From assembly GCA_018823045.1 (NCBI GenBank), contig JAHJIX010000002.1, positions 64,846 to 128,845 of the forward strand: a stretch of 64,000 nt of DNA. Reading direction: 5' to 3'. Below the pieces are notes generated by a model, which was given only the letters and a program-made list of their open reading frames with translations, did no database searches and was not told the DNA's origin. Origin of the DNA: Patescibacteria group bacterium (GTDB lineage: Bacteria; Patescibacteriota; Patescibacteriia; Magasanikbacterales; UBA922). Below, in pieces: positions 28,524 through 37,167 of the stretch. How positions within the stretch are numbered: the stretch's first letter is position 1; each line of letters starts with the position of its first letter. Both the position numbers and the translations under genes were made by a program.

Positions 28524-28777
28524 CTGGGCTCCAGTAGCTCAAAGCTACTTGCGCCCAGCAAGCCAATATATTTTCTATATGCATCACAATGGAGAGAGTA
28601 AAAGTACTTCTCACCGATTGCCAGTAAAACTTATCTGGTTTGGGGCTTTTATTGATAAAATAACTGCAGCAAAGTTTGAAACTTATCTGAAATCACACTC
28701 AGGCAGAAGATTTAGAGAACGTTTCATATTATAACAAGTTTACACGGCGCAACCTGCCGAAGGACAGGTAAAGACGT

Positions 28778-28851
28778 GCGGTAATAGCTCAGTTGGCTAG
28801 AGCGCTTCCTTGCCAAGGAAGAGGTCGCCAGTTCGAATCTGGTTTACCGCT
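28778..28851 (+). tRNA. tRNA-Gly (anticodon GCC)
   Basis: Acceptor GCGGTAA/TTACCGC. Anticodon loop UUGCCAA. Followed by a hairpin plus T-run. Confidence 0.8.
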
Positions 28852-29093
28852 CAGAAAAAAAAACACCCCAGTATCGTGGTGTTTTTTTATATTATCATAA
28901 AATATTCTCTAAAAATATATTTTTTATTCACAAAAAAATAATCCACAATCATGTGGAAAAACCCTTGTAAATTTTCATAAATCTATGATATAATTTCTAT
29001 ATACATATTGGTATTTCCCCTAATACCGTATGGCAAACAAAAAACATTCGCTTTACACGGATGTTTTTTGTTTGCCCTCTTTTTAATTTCCCT

Positions 29094-29609
29094 TTACGGA
29101 AGATAGTAGGTTCGCTCATTAAGTGGATCTGTATTATCTCTATACTGGCGCTGTTCTCGATCTACTTCATCATATAAATCTCTTTCTGCATCCATATATT
29201 CACTTTGATCTCTATTGATATCATCCTCCACTAATATATTTATAACAAATGTCGTAATAGCATATGATGTTAAAATAATGACAATCCCCATTATACCACG
29301 TACCATTGTTTTTTTTCCTATTTCAATCTTTCCTTCATCTCCAGCAGCAGTCATAATCATAAATCCAGCATAAATGGTGTAAGCAAAAAATACCGTCCCG
29401 ACAAGCCCTAGGCTCGTACGGACAAGTAATGCAATTATAACACGAGGATCAGTCGCTTCACCCAAATTACCTCCATCTTTACCAGCGGTAGCCTCTAGTT
29501 GTTCTTGTAGCTCTTCCGTATATGTCGGTCCCTGCGCAACGACCTGCATTGGTTGAAACATTATTCCCAAACAAAGAATCGCAAATACACCAAACAAGAA
29601 AAAACGCAT
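29094..29609 (-). CDS. TrbC/VirB2-like pilin-family paralog A (core plus acidic C-terminal tail)
   Basis: Signal peptide; core YAGFMIMTAAGDEGK...IMGIVIILTSYAITTFV. Confidence 0.5.
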   Translation of the reverse strand: MRFFLFGVFAILCLGIMFQPMQVVAQGPTYTEELQEQLEATAGKDGGNLGEATDPRVIIALLVRTSLGLVGTVFFAYTIYAGFMIMTAAGDEGKIEIGKKTMVRGIMGIVIILTSYAITTFVINILVEDDINRDQSEYMDAERDLYDEVDREQRQYRDNTDPLNERTYYLP

Positions 29610-29613
29610 ATAA

Positions 29614-30087
29614 TTAATTTTTATATTTTAACTGACAATTAAAGTCTCCATTTCGAACCATACTCCAAAGTCCACAATCTACTTGCATATCTGTTGTTCG
29701 GTATACTTTCCCTGCAATATTGCTACTGAGTGATCGTGCAACAAATGTGGTAATGCTGTATGCCACCATAATAACAAATAATCCAATAATAGCTCGTTTT
29801 ATTGTGTCTCGTGCTTTCGATACTTTTTCTTCATTATCTCGTGCAGTGAGCAACCAATATCCAGACATAAGAACAAGTACAAAAAATATTGTGCCAATAA
29901 ATCCAAGCATCAAACGAATAAGCTCTGCAACAAATAATTGTGGTGGCACAGGAACTCCCATACCAGCAGCTCCCGCCGCAGCGCTAATTTGCTCATTTAT
30001 TTGACCAACCAATCCTTGTGCTGAAACAGTTGCTGTGATAAACAAACCCGCAAGAAGACTAAAGAAAAAAAATCGTTTCATAAACAT
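29614..30087 (-). CDS. pilin-like paralog B (core plus short 2-Cys C-terminal tail)
   Basis: Signal peptide; core SGYWLLTARDNEEK...IIGLFVIMVAYSITTFV. Confidence 0.5.
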   Translation of the reverse strand: MFMKRFFFFSLLAGLFITATVSAQGLVGQINEQISAAAGAAGMGVPVPPQLFVAELIRLMLGFIGTIFFVLVLMSGYWLLTARDNEEKVSKARDTIKRAIIGLFVIMVAYSITTFVARSLSSNIAGKVYRTTDMQVDCGLWSMVRNGDFNCQLKYKN

Positions 30088-30100
30088 AATTAAATAGATT

Positions 30101-30508
30101 TTACGGATTCAACTGAGGTGTCTGTGACGCATTAGACGATGCTGCGCTACGAGCAACAATTTTTGGCACGACAAATGCTGTAATGCTGTACGCACCCACG
30201 GTGATAATTAAACCAATAATTGCAGCTTTAATGATATCCATCGCTTTGTCTACTTTTCCTTCATCTCCTCGTGCTGTCATCCACAAATATCCTGCATAGA
30301 CCATCAACACAAGAAAGATAGTCCCCACGAAAGAAAGAAGCAAACGAATCATATATCCAACATTTTCAGCCAAAGAAATATCATTCACATTTTCATACCC
30401 TGCTTTTTCTGCCGTATCAGCTACCAGTCCAGCTCCTAGATCAATTGCATAAACAGGTAGTGCGACAAAACAGCAAAATAATGCAAGAAACACAAATATT
30501 TTTTTCAT
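30101..30508 (-). CDS. pilin-like paralog C (core only)
   Basis: YAGYLWMTARGDEGKVDKA...IIGLIITVGAYSITAFV. Confidence 0.5.
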   Translation of the reverse strand: MKKIFVFLALFCCFVALPVYAIDLGAGLVADTAEKAGYENVNDISLAENVGYMIRLLLSFVGTIFLVLMVYAGYLWMTARGDEGKVDKAMDIIKAAIIGLIITVGAYSITAFVVPKIVARSAASSNASQTPQLNP

Positions 30509-30529
30509 ACAGTTACATATAAATATTAT

Positions 30530-30898
30530 TTATTGAGGTAAAAATCGAAACAACACAAACGCATTAATTGCGTAGGCACTCATAATAATAATTAACCCAA
30601 TAATTGATGTTTTAATAATTTCCATTGCTTTTTCTACTTGCCCCTCATCTCCTCTTGCTGTCATCCATAAATATCCGGCATAGATCATCAGCACCAAAAA
30701 TATTAACCCAACCATGCTTAAAGCTAGATTAATAAATGTTCCAACCACGTTTGCCACATTTTCTTCTGCAACACCAGCTGTACCACCAGTTGTCTTTACT
30801 TTGTTTACGGCATCACCCAGTGTTGCAGTATACACTGTAGAAAATAACAAAAAGAAAGAAAAAAAACTTACAATGGCAATGCTGAATATTTTTTTCAT
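30530..30898 (-). CDS. pilin-like paralog D (core only)
   Basis: YAGYLWMTARGDEGQVEKA...IIGLIIIMSAYAINAFV. Confidence 0.5.
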   Translation of the reverse strand: MKKIFSIAIVSFFSFFLLFSTVYTATLGDAVNKVKTTGGTAGVAEENVANVVGTFINLALSMVGLIFLVLMIYAGYLWMTARGDEGQVEKAMEIIKTSIIGLIIIMSAYAINAFVLFRFLPQ

Positions 30899-30933
30899 AT
30901 ACGTATATTTAAAAAACTAGATAACACACAATA

Positions 30934-31542
30934 TTATTCTGTTGGTCCTTTTGCACAAAGTGCCTCACACTCTGGATAAGTTTTAATACCCCCATTCCAT
31001 CCCCATTCAGTATATGGATCTACGGCAGTTATTGTTTCTCCTATTAATTGACAACGCTCATAGGAATCCATACGAGCAGCCCAACTCGTTGCATATTGTC
31101 CTGTTCTATCACAGCAACAGCCCACAGGTGCACCATCAATTTGCCCTGCACTACTACCAGATGTTCCTTGTACACCAGCAACTAAACGACCAAGCACCAA
31201 ATCAACAACACCATATGATGCAATAATAACAAGCATGCCAATCGTTGCTGCAATAATAGTTTCACGTGCTTTTTCTGCTTTTCCTTCATCTCCTCTTGCA
31301 GTAATCCAACGAAAACCTGCATAAAACATGAGACCAAAAAATACCAGACCTACTAAAGTCAAAGCCCATTTAATAATTTTTCCTGTTTCTGTTTCAATAT
31401 TTGTTTGTGGAATGCCGGTTCTGCCTGATAATACTTTTACATTTGTAAATGCGTCACCAATGTCTTGTGCAGATACATCAAAAAACCAAAAAGAACCAAT
31501 ACTAATGGCAATAAGAGTTCCGTATATTGCTATTTTTTTCAT
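30934..31542 (-). CDS. pilin-like paralog E (core plus C-terminal Cys-rich ectodomain with a CCC motif)
   Basis: YAGFRWITARGDEGKAEKA...TIGMLVIIASYGV. C-terminal segment has 7 Cys. Confidence 0.5.
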   Translation of the reverse strand: MKKIAIYGTLIAISIGSFWFFDVSAQDIGDAFTNVKVLSGRTGIPQTNIETETGKIIKWALTLVGLVFFGLMFYAGFRWITARGDEGKAEKARETIIAATIGMLVIIASYGVVDLVLGRLVAGVQGTSGSSAGQIDGAPVGCCCDRTGQYATSWAARMDSYERCQLIGETITAVDPYTEWGWNGGIKTYPECEALCAKGPTE

Positions 31543-31549
31543 AGTTTTC

Positions 31550-31882
31550 TTATACTAATCCACTAAATACAAAGACAGTAATTGCATATGACGCAAGCAC
31601 AATAGCCATCCCGATAATTGCCGCGATAATAGTATCTTTTCCTTTTTCTACTTGCCCTTCATCTCCTCGTGCAGTCATCCACAAAAATCCTCCGTACACC
31701 ATAAGGATAAAAAAAAGAATCCCTATGATAGACAAAATACTTCCGACGATGCCACCGGCAAGAAGTTCAACTGTTTTACTATTTTTTAATCCTGTGCCAC
31801 CAGCTGTTTCGTTTAGTCCATACTGTGCATACACAGTAGCTGGAATAAGAAAAAAACTAAAGACACTTATAATATATTTCAT
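31550..31882 (-). CDS. pilin-like paralog F (minimal core, 110 aa)
   Basis: YGGFLWMTARGDEGQVEKG...IIGMAIVLASYAITVFV. Confidence 0.5.
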   Translation of the reverse strand: MKYIISVFSFFLIPATVYAQYGLNETAGGTGLKNSKTVELLAGGIVGSILSIIGILFFILMVYGGFLWMTARGDEGQVEKGKDTIIAAIIGMAIVLASYAITVFVFSGLV

Positions 31883-31908
31883 ATAGCTTAAACTGTATTT
31901 AAAAACTA

Positions 31909-32490
31909 CTATTCTATACCTGCATCACAACACACTATTTCATTTCCACCAGGACACAACCCTATATAACATTCATTTCCTGGAGTACAATTCTTTATTC
32001 TTTCGACTTCTGTGTCTCCAAAAACAAATGTACAATTTGCAATATTTTGACAGGCATATTTTTCATTTTGAGCAACACATTTGGCATCAGCAGCTACTGT
32101 TGGCCCCCCCGTATTATTTGTCACACTCTCAAAAATAAACTGCGTTATGGCATAAGAACTCAGCACAATGACAAGCCCAATCACGGCCGAAATGATAGTT
32201 TCTTTTCCTTTGGTGATACGTCCTTCGTCTCCTCTTGCGGTCATCCAAAGAAATCCACCATAGAGCATCAGGCCAAAAAATAATATACCCACAAAAGAAA
32301 GAGCGCCACCAATAACATCACCCACAAGTACACGAGCATCTGTGGTCTTTTTTAATTGTGTTTTTCCGACAGTTTCTCCTAAACCATAATCTTTGGGAAT
32401 AGTAATTGCTGACACAACAATAACAGACGTAAACAGTACAATAGCTGCTACTATACTTCCACATAATAAAGCAAAGTACTTTTTACGCAT
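31909..32490 (-). CDS. pilin-like paralog G (core plus C-terminal Cys-rich ectodomain ending GLCPGGNEIVCCD)
   Basis: Core identical in parts to paralog H, with about 150 bp of near-identical DNA. Confidence 0.5.
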   Translation of the reverse strand: MRKKYFALLCGSIVAAIVLFTSVIVVSAITIPKDYGLGETVGKTQLKKTTDARVLVGDVIGGALSFVGILFFGLMLYGGFLWMTARGDEGRITKGKETIISAVIGLVIVLSSYAITQFIFESVTNNTGGPTVAADAKCVAQNEKYACQNIANCTFVFGDTEVERIKNCTPGNECYIGLCPGGNEIVCCDAGIE

Positions 32491-32517
32491 ATAAAACGCA
32501 ATTATACATAGTATTAT

Positions 32518-33090
32518 TTAATCACAACACACTATTTCATTTCCACCAGAACACAACCCCCTTTGACACTGCCAATCAAATTGACCACAAGCATTTAAAA
32601 ACTCACTTATAGGAAGAGTTGGATCACTCATTTCTGCTCCTAGCGTAGAACATTGTTTAATATTTTTACAACTCCAACCAGGATTTACCTGTTCACAAGT
32701 TGCGGTAGGTCCCTCCTGTTGCTGATTGCCAGAAACACTCTCAAAAATGAACTGAGTAATAGCATAAGAACTGAGCACAATGACAAGCCCAATCACGGCC
32801 GAAATGATAGTATCTTTTCCTTTTGTGACATGTCCTTCGTCTCCTCTTGCGGTCATCCAAAGAAAACCACCATAGAGCATCAGGCCAAAAAACAATACAC
32901 CCATAAAAGATAAGGCGCCACCAACAACATCACCAACAAGTATACGCACGTCTGTTGATTTGTTTAATTTTGCTGTACTTGCAGCTTCACCTAAACCATA
33001 ATCAGCAGCTGAAACGATGAGGACAGACGTAAACAATACAATAGCGACTGCTACACTTCCGAGTAAGAGCTGAGAGTACTGTTTACGCAT
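32518..33090 (-). CDS. pilin-like paralog H (core plus C-terminal Cys-rich ectodomain ending GLCSGGNEIVCCD)
   Basis: YGGFLWMTARGDEGHVTKG...VIGLVIVLSSYAITQFI. Confidence 0.5.
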   Translation of the reverse strand: MRKQYSQLLLGSVAVAIVLFTSVLIVSAADYGLGEAASTAKLNKSTDVRILVGDVVGGALSFMGVLFFGLMLYGGFLWMTARGDEGHVTKGKDTIISAVIGLVIVLSSYAITQFIFESVSGNQQQEGPTATCEQVNPGWSCKNIKQCSTLGAEMSDPTLPISEFLNACGQFDWQCQRGLCSGGNEIVCCD

Positions 33091-33107
33091 ATAAGCAATA
33101 GTTATAA

Positions 33108-33521
33108 TTATGATTGTGGTGGATTAACGATAACATAATCATCTGCACCTGTTGAAGCTTTGTATAACTCTTTAATAACAAATGTACTAATTGAGTACGC
33201 GGTAAGAATAATCACTAACCCAACTACAGCTGCCGAAAGAATTCCTTTTGCAGTACCAATTTGATCTTCTTTCCCTGCAGCTGTCATCCATAAAAATCCA
33301 GCATAGATAACAAGAACTAACATGATTGTTCCTAAAATTCCAAGCCCTGCATTAATAATCTTTGCAACAGTAATACGTACGTCTGTATTTGTTAATCCAC
33401 TTTGACCAGCATACCCAACCCCAAGCAAATCATCATCTGCTGCTTGTGCAAGTGCAGGTGCTGCAGTAAATAAACCAAATGCGAGAACCAAGCCCAATAG
33501 GGCGCTTAACATGTATTTCAT
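33108..33521 (-). CDS. pilin-like paralog I (core)
   Basis: YAGFLWMTAAGKEDQ...VVGLVIILTAYSISTFV. Confidence 0.5.
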   Translation of the reverse strand: MKYMLSALLGLVLAFGLFTAAPALAQAADDDLLGVGYAGQSGLTNTDVRITVAKIINAGLGILGTIMLVLVIYAGFLWMTAAGKEDQIGTAKGILSAAVVGLVIILTAYSISTFVIKELYKASTGADDYVIVNPPQS

Positions 33522-33636
33522 ATGTGTAAATAAAATATAATATAATTATGAATACGCGTTGACAGTGAGAGCCTACGCCTACTCATAATGATAAGATCTG
33601 GGAAGAACTAATTTCTCCCCAGATACATAATCATAA

Positions 33637-34095
33637 TTAGATTTCGTAATCTGCGCCTGTCACACCAGTTTTTACTGCTAAATTTACAAGTACAAAACGA
33701 GCAATTGCCCATGCACTCATAATAATAGCCAAACCGATAACACCAGCAAAAATTAATTTTCTTGCTTCAGCTGTTTTTTCTTCACTTCCACCTGCTGTCA
33801 TCCATTTGAAACCACCAGCAAGTACGATTACAACAGCAATAATACCAAGTAAGCTTAACGCTACATTGATAATACTTGCTACAGTCTCTGGCAAACTATT
33901 TTTACCGAGAGCTAGAGTACTATTATCAATTCTATCGATTCCAATAGGGTCAGTTTCACTACCACTAACAGCTCCTCCTGCTGGAGGTTGTGCTTGTGCG
34001 CTCGCAATTACTGGGGCAAGCACCACTGTTAATACAATCGCAACGATTATACCAAAAGCTTTGTTATATTTTCGTAATAAATTCACATGTCTCAC
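33637..34095 (-). CDS. pilin-like paralog J (core)
   Basis: AGGFKWMTAGGSEEKTAEA...VIGLAIIMSAWAIARFV. Confidence 0.5.
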   Translation of the reverse strand: MRHVNLLRKYNKAFGIIVAIVLTVVLAPVIASAQAQPPAGGAVSGSETDPIGIDRIDNSTLALGKNSLPETVASIINVALSLLGIIAVVIVLAGGFKWMTAGGSEEKTAEARKLIFAGVIGLAIIMSAWAIARFVLVNLAVKTGVTGADYEI

Positions 34096-34118
34096 CCCCT
34101 TTCTTTTGTAGGATCATA

Positions 34119-34784
34119 TTATTTACTAATAGTCTTTAAGAATGCCTGTAGTATACCATATGCAGAAAAAATAACAAAGAGACCAATCACTGCATAAAGC
34201 ATTGTCTTTGTTCCTTTGGAAACTTTTTCTTGATTACCGGCCGAAGTCATCCACATCACGCCACCAGCAAAAAATACAGCAAATACAACTGCTCCAATAA
34301 CAGCTAACATATACTGAATAATTCTTCCAGCAAAGGCAGGGATAGATATTGGTTTTTTAGGATCACCACCTAATGGGTTTTGGAGTGTCACCACGTTTGG
34401 GTCTTTGTAGTTTGATGATGTTGGAGTTTCAACGATAGAACATGTAAGTCTATAGTGTTCCTGAACATTATTTTCTCTTAATACCGTATATTGAGTACCA
34501 GTAAATTTTGCACAACTATCCTTTGTTATTTTTTTATCTGGGATAGGAGTAGCTACTGTTGCCAATTCAGTTCTTACCAATTCATCTTTTAATTTTTTAT
34601 CAAAATAAAGCGTAACACTTTTTTCCTTTCTTTCAGCAGCAATTCCTATAGTATATGAAGCTGTACATGTACAAGCATTTGTTGTTGCAATCTGTGCAGA
34701 AACAACTGCAGGCATAATCAAAAATGCACATAATACAAACACACCCACACAGAAATACACAAGTTTTTTATATCTATCTATCAT
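34119..34784 (-). CDS. pilin-like paralog K (N-terminal Cys-containing ectodomain plus C-terminal core)
   Basis: The core AGGVMWMTSAGNQEKVSKG...VIGLFVIFSAYGILQAF sits at the C-terminus, an inverted domain order. Confidence 0.5.
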   Translation of the reverse strand: MIDRYKKLVYFCVGVFVLCAFLIMPAVVSAQIATTNACTCTASYTIGIAAERKEKSVTLYFDKKLKDELVRTELATVATPIPDKKITKDSCAKFTGTQYTVLRENNVQEHYRLTCSIVETPTSSNYKDPNVVTLQNPLGGDPKKPISIPAFAGRIIQYMLAVIGAVVFAVFFAGGVMWMTSAGNQEKVSKGTKTMLYAVIGLFVIFSAYGILQAFLKTISK

Positions 34785-34792
34785 AAAATTTC

Positions 34793-35758
34793 TTACTTAA
34801 TGACTCGAAAATCAGAAGCAACACCCAAAGCATCTAACAGGGTATCTACTAATAAATAAGCACCCAGAGCAATAATAATACCAACAACAGCTGCAATTAA
34901 AATTTGCTGCCCTTGTTTAAACTTTTCTGCATTGCCAAAAGAGGTGATCATCACTACACCGCCATACATAAACATGAGAAATGCAACAGTACCAATAATT
35001 GATAGTAATAATTGAGCGGCATTAATACCCAGTAATAGCAAATCATTAATATCTCGACACCCTCCATAAGTAAATGCACAATCTGGAATAACGCCGTCAT
35101 AACCAGCCGGTTTTGATCTTGTTGGGTCAACAGCATCTCCTGTATTAGTAAAAGCAGCAGATCCTTTGCCTATACAATTTTGATATTCAGGTTCACAAAC
35201 ATTTTTCATCTGTAATTTTTCTCCAGCTGTTAAAGGATACGGAATTCCTTTTTTATCTCCATCATCAATCAGTGCCCAAATTTCTGCACATTTTGGCTGC
35301 TTTATTTTAACTGCATCATAACAAGCAAGACTTTCTTTTTTTTCTTGCGCTGCATTAGCTTGTGCTTGTTGAGGAGTCATTGTAGGTGTACAACGCACTT
35401 CATATCCTGCCGTAACTACTCCAGCTGCCTTTACAGTTATAATCCAATCATTCGATAATTGAACACGATACCCAACACCAGCAACAGTACCATTACTTGG
35501 TGTAGATTTTAGTGCTATAGATAAAGCCTGCCCCATATTTCTATCAACACTGACAATCTTTTCTATATCTACTCCTGTATCTGCTAAAGGTATTGAAACA
35601 CAAACATTCTTTGTTACATTATAACCCTGTGTTTTTTTTATGCACTCTATCATTTTTTCGCCACTATTTGGCGGTGCACCACAAGCAGCAAAAACACTCT
35701 CAGGCACTACAAGCCCTACCATCAATACAGCAAATAAACATATTAAATATTTTTTCAT
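34793..35758 (-). CDS. pilin-like paralog L (large N-terminal Cys-rich ectodomain plus C-terminal core)
   Basis: Likely start MKKYLICLFAVLMVG (signal peptide). C-terminal core YGGVVMITSFGNAEK...VVGIIIALGAYLLV. The ORF track extends to 35791. Confidence 0.5.
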   Translation of the reverse strand: MKKYLICLFAVLMVGLVVPESVFAACGAPPNSGEKMIECIKKTQGYNVTKNVCVSIPLADTGVDIEKIVSVDRNMGQALSIALKSTPSNGTVAGVGYRVQLSNDWIITVKAAGVVTAGYEVRCTPTMTPQQAQANAAQEKKESLACYDAVKIKQPKCAEIWALIDDGDKKGIPYPLTAGEKLQMKNVCEPEYQNCIGKGSAAFTNTGDAVDPTRSKPAGYDGVIPDCAFTYGGCRDINDLLLLGINAAQLLLSIIGTVAFLMFMYGGVVMITSFGNAEKFKQGQQILIAAVVGIIIALGAYLLVDTLLDALGVASDFRVIK

Positions 35759-35759
35759 A

Positions 35760-37133
35760 TTACATGCTTTGTTGAATGCGGGCAGCCGCACTATTAATTA
35801 ATGTTTCATCTCGCTCTTGCTGATCAATATCAAGTGGGACAGGTCGTCTATATGCATCAATAAGTTCACGAAGTGCCTCATCTGCTTTTGCACTATCTCG
35901 TCCATAATACCAGTTTGTTGCAGTCAAAATTTGAGAAACAAATGGTGCAATTAACGGATCTTCTGCTTGATCTGCTAACTGACTTCTAAGCGGTGAAGGT
36001 AAACCAACAGCTGTTGTATATGATTTGATATTATTTGGTGTTGAAATAAAACGCACAAAATCCCATGCAATATCTTGATGTTTTGATTTAGCCACGACTG
36101 ACTCAACCCAATAATTTGCAACATTTATGGCTTCCTTCCCCTGTAGTTGTGGCACTGGCACAATACTTAGATTCATTTGTGGTGCTTTTGCTTTTATGCG
36201 GGCTTTGTCATATGCAAATCCAAAGTAAAAGACACTTTGCTGATTGGCAAAGACATCAAGTGCAGTATCAAAATTATCATTCCAAGTATATACATCTCGA
36301 GTAGAGCGAGCAAAATCAGTATAAAAACGCAAAGCCTGAAGTGTTGGGTGTGTTTCTCTTAAACGCTTAATATCTTGCGCAAAAGTCACATAACCAGGTT
36401 GTGTAATATTGACTTCATTTTGAAGCATTAAGAGCGCCAAAATATCTGTTGCATTATCTATATTATATGCTGTCCCCATAGAAGCACCTGCTTGCAAAAT
36501 AGTACCATTAATATCTTTCTTGGTTGTTTTTACAATCGTCTCCATAAACTCATCCCACGTTGTTGGGGGCACAGCAACTCCTGCACGATCAAGCAAATCT
36601 GTATTGTAATACAGCGCAAGCGTATCTACAGCAAGCGGCAAACCATATATTTGATTGTCAATAACAACGTCTCCTGCAACAGTACCCACAAAACTTGTTT
36701 TTAATGTATTGACCGTAGGCAATGCATGTGTTTCAAAATTGACCACCTGCTCCTGTGCATATTTTCCTTCAATCGTCATACGCGCCATCTGTACCTGTGC
36801 TGGCATCGGAGATAATCGTGGCTGATATGTTCGCACTGCACGATTATGCACAGAAATAATATCTGGGGCGATATCATCAGCTAGTGCGTTTACAAACAAA
36901 TCATCAAATTCTTCATAACGTACTTGACGGATATTAACTGTCACATGTGGATAGCGTGCATTATATTCTGCAGCAAAAGCACGTAATTGTGCTACATTAT
37001 TAAAAACGGTCCAATAATTAATCGTTACTGGTCGAACAGCAATACGCTCTGCGTCAGTTAGGCCCTTACACCCAACACCCGTACTCAACAAGACTATTGG
37101 AATAAGGAAAAATGTCATGAATTTTTTAAACAT
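35760..37133 (-). CDS. ABC transporter substrate-binding protein (sugar-binding, MalE-like family 1), orphan
   Basis: Lipoprotein-like signal ending GVGC. YGLPLAVDTLALYYNTDLL and WDEF motifs. No permease or ATPase genes adjacent. Confidence 0.6.
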   Translation of the reverse strand: MFKKFMTFFLIPIVLLSTGVGCKGLTDAERIAVRPVTINYWTVFNNVAQLRAFAAEYNARYPHVTVNIRQVRYEEFDDLFVNALADDIAPDIISVHNRAVRTYQPRLSPMPAQVQMARMTIEGKYAQEQVVNFETHALPTVNTLKTSFVGTVAGDVVIDNQIYGLPLAVDTLALYYNTDLLDRAGVAVPPTTWDEFMETIVKTTKKDINGTILQAGASMGTAYNIDNATDILALLMLQNEVNITQPGYVTFAQDIKRLRETHPTLQALRFYTDFARSTRDVYTWNDNFDTALDVFANQQSVFYFGFAYDKARIKAKAPQMNLSIVPVPQLQGKEAINVANYWVESVVAKSKHQDIAWDFVRFISTPNNIKSYTTAVGLPSPLRSQLADQAEDPLIAPFVSQILTATNWYYGRDSAKADEALRELIDAYRRPVPLDIDQQERDETLINSAAARIQQSM

Positions 37134-37167
37134 ATATGCTGATTACATTAAAAAGTTCATCTAAATA

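Noticed and set aside
28549-28734. 61-aa ORF between tRNA-fMet and tRNA-Gly(GCC)
   Set aside because: No RBS. It lies inside a tRNA operon spacer, the sequence is His/Arg-rich with odd composition, and the spacer is more likely RNA than protein.
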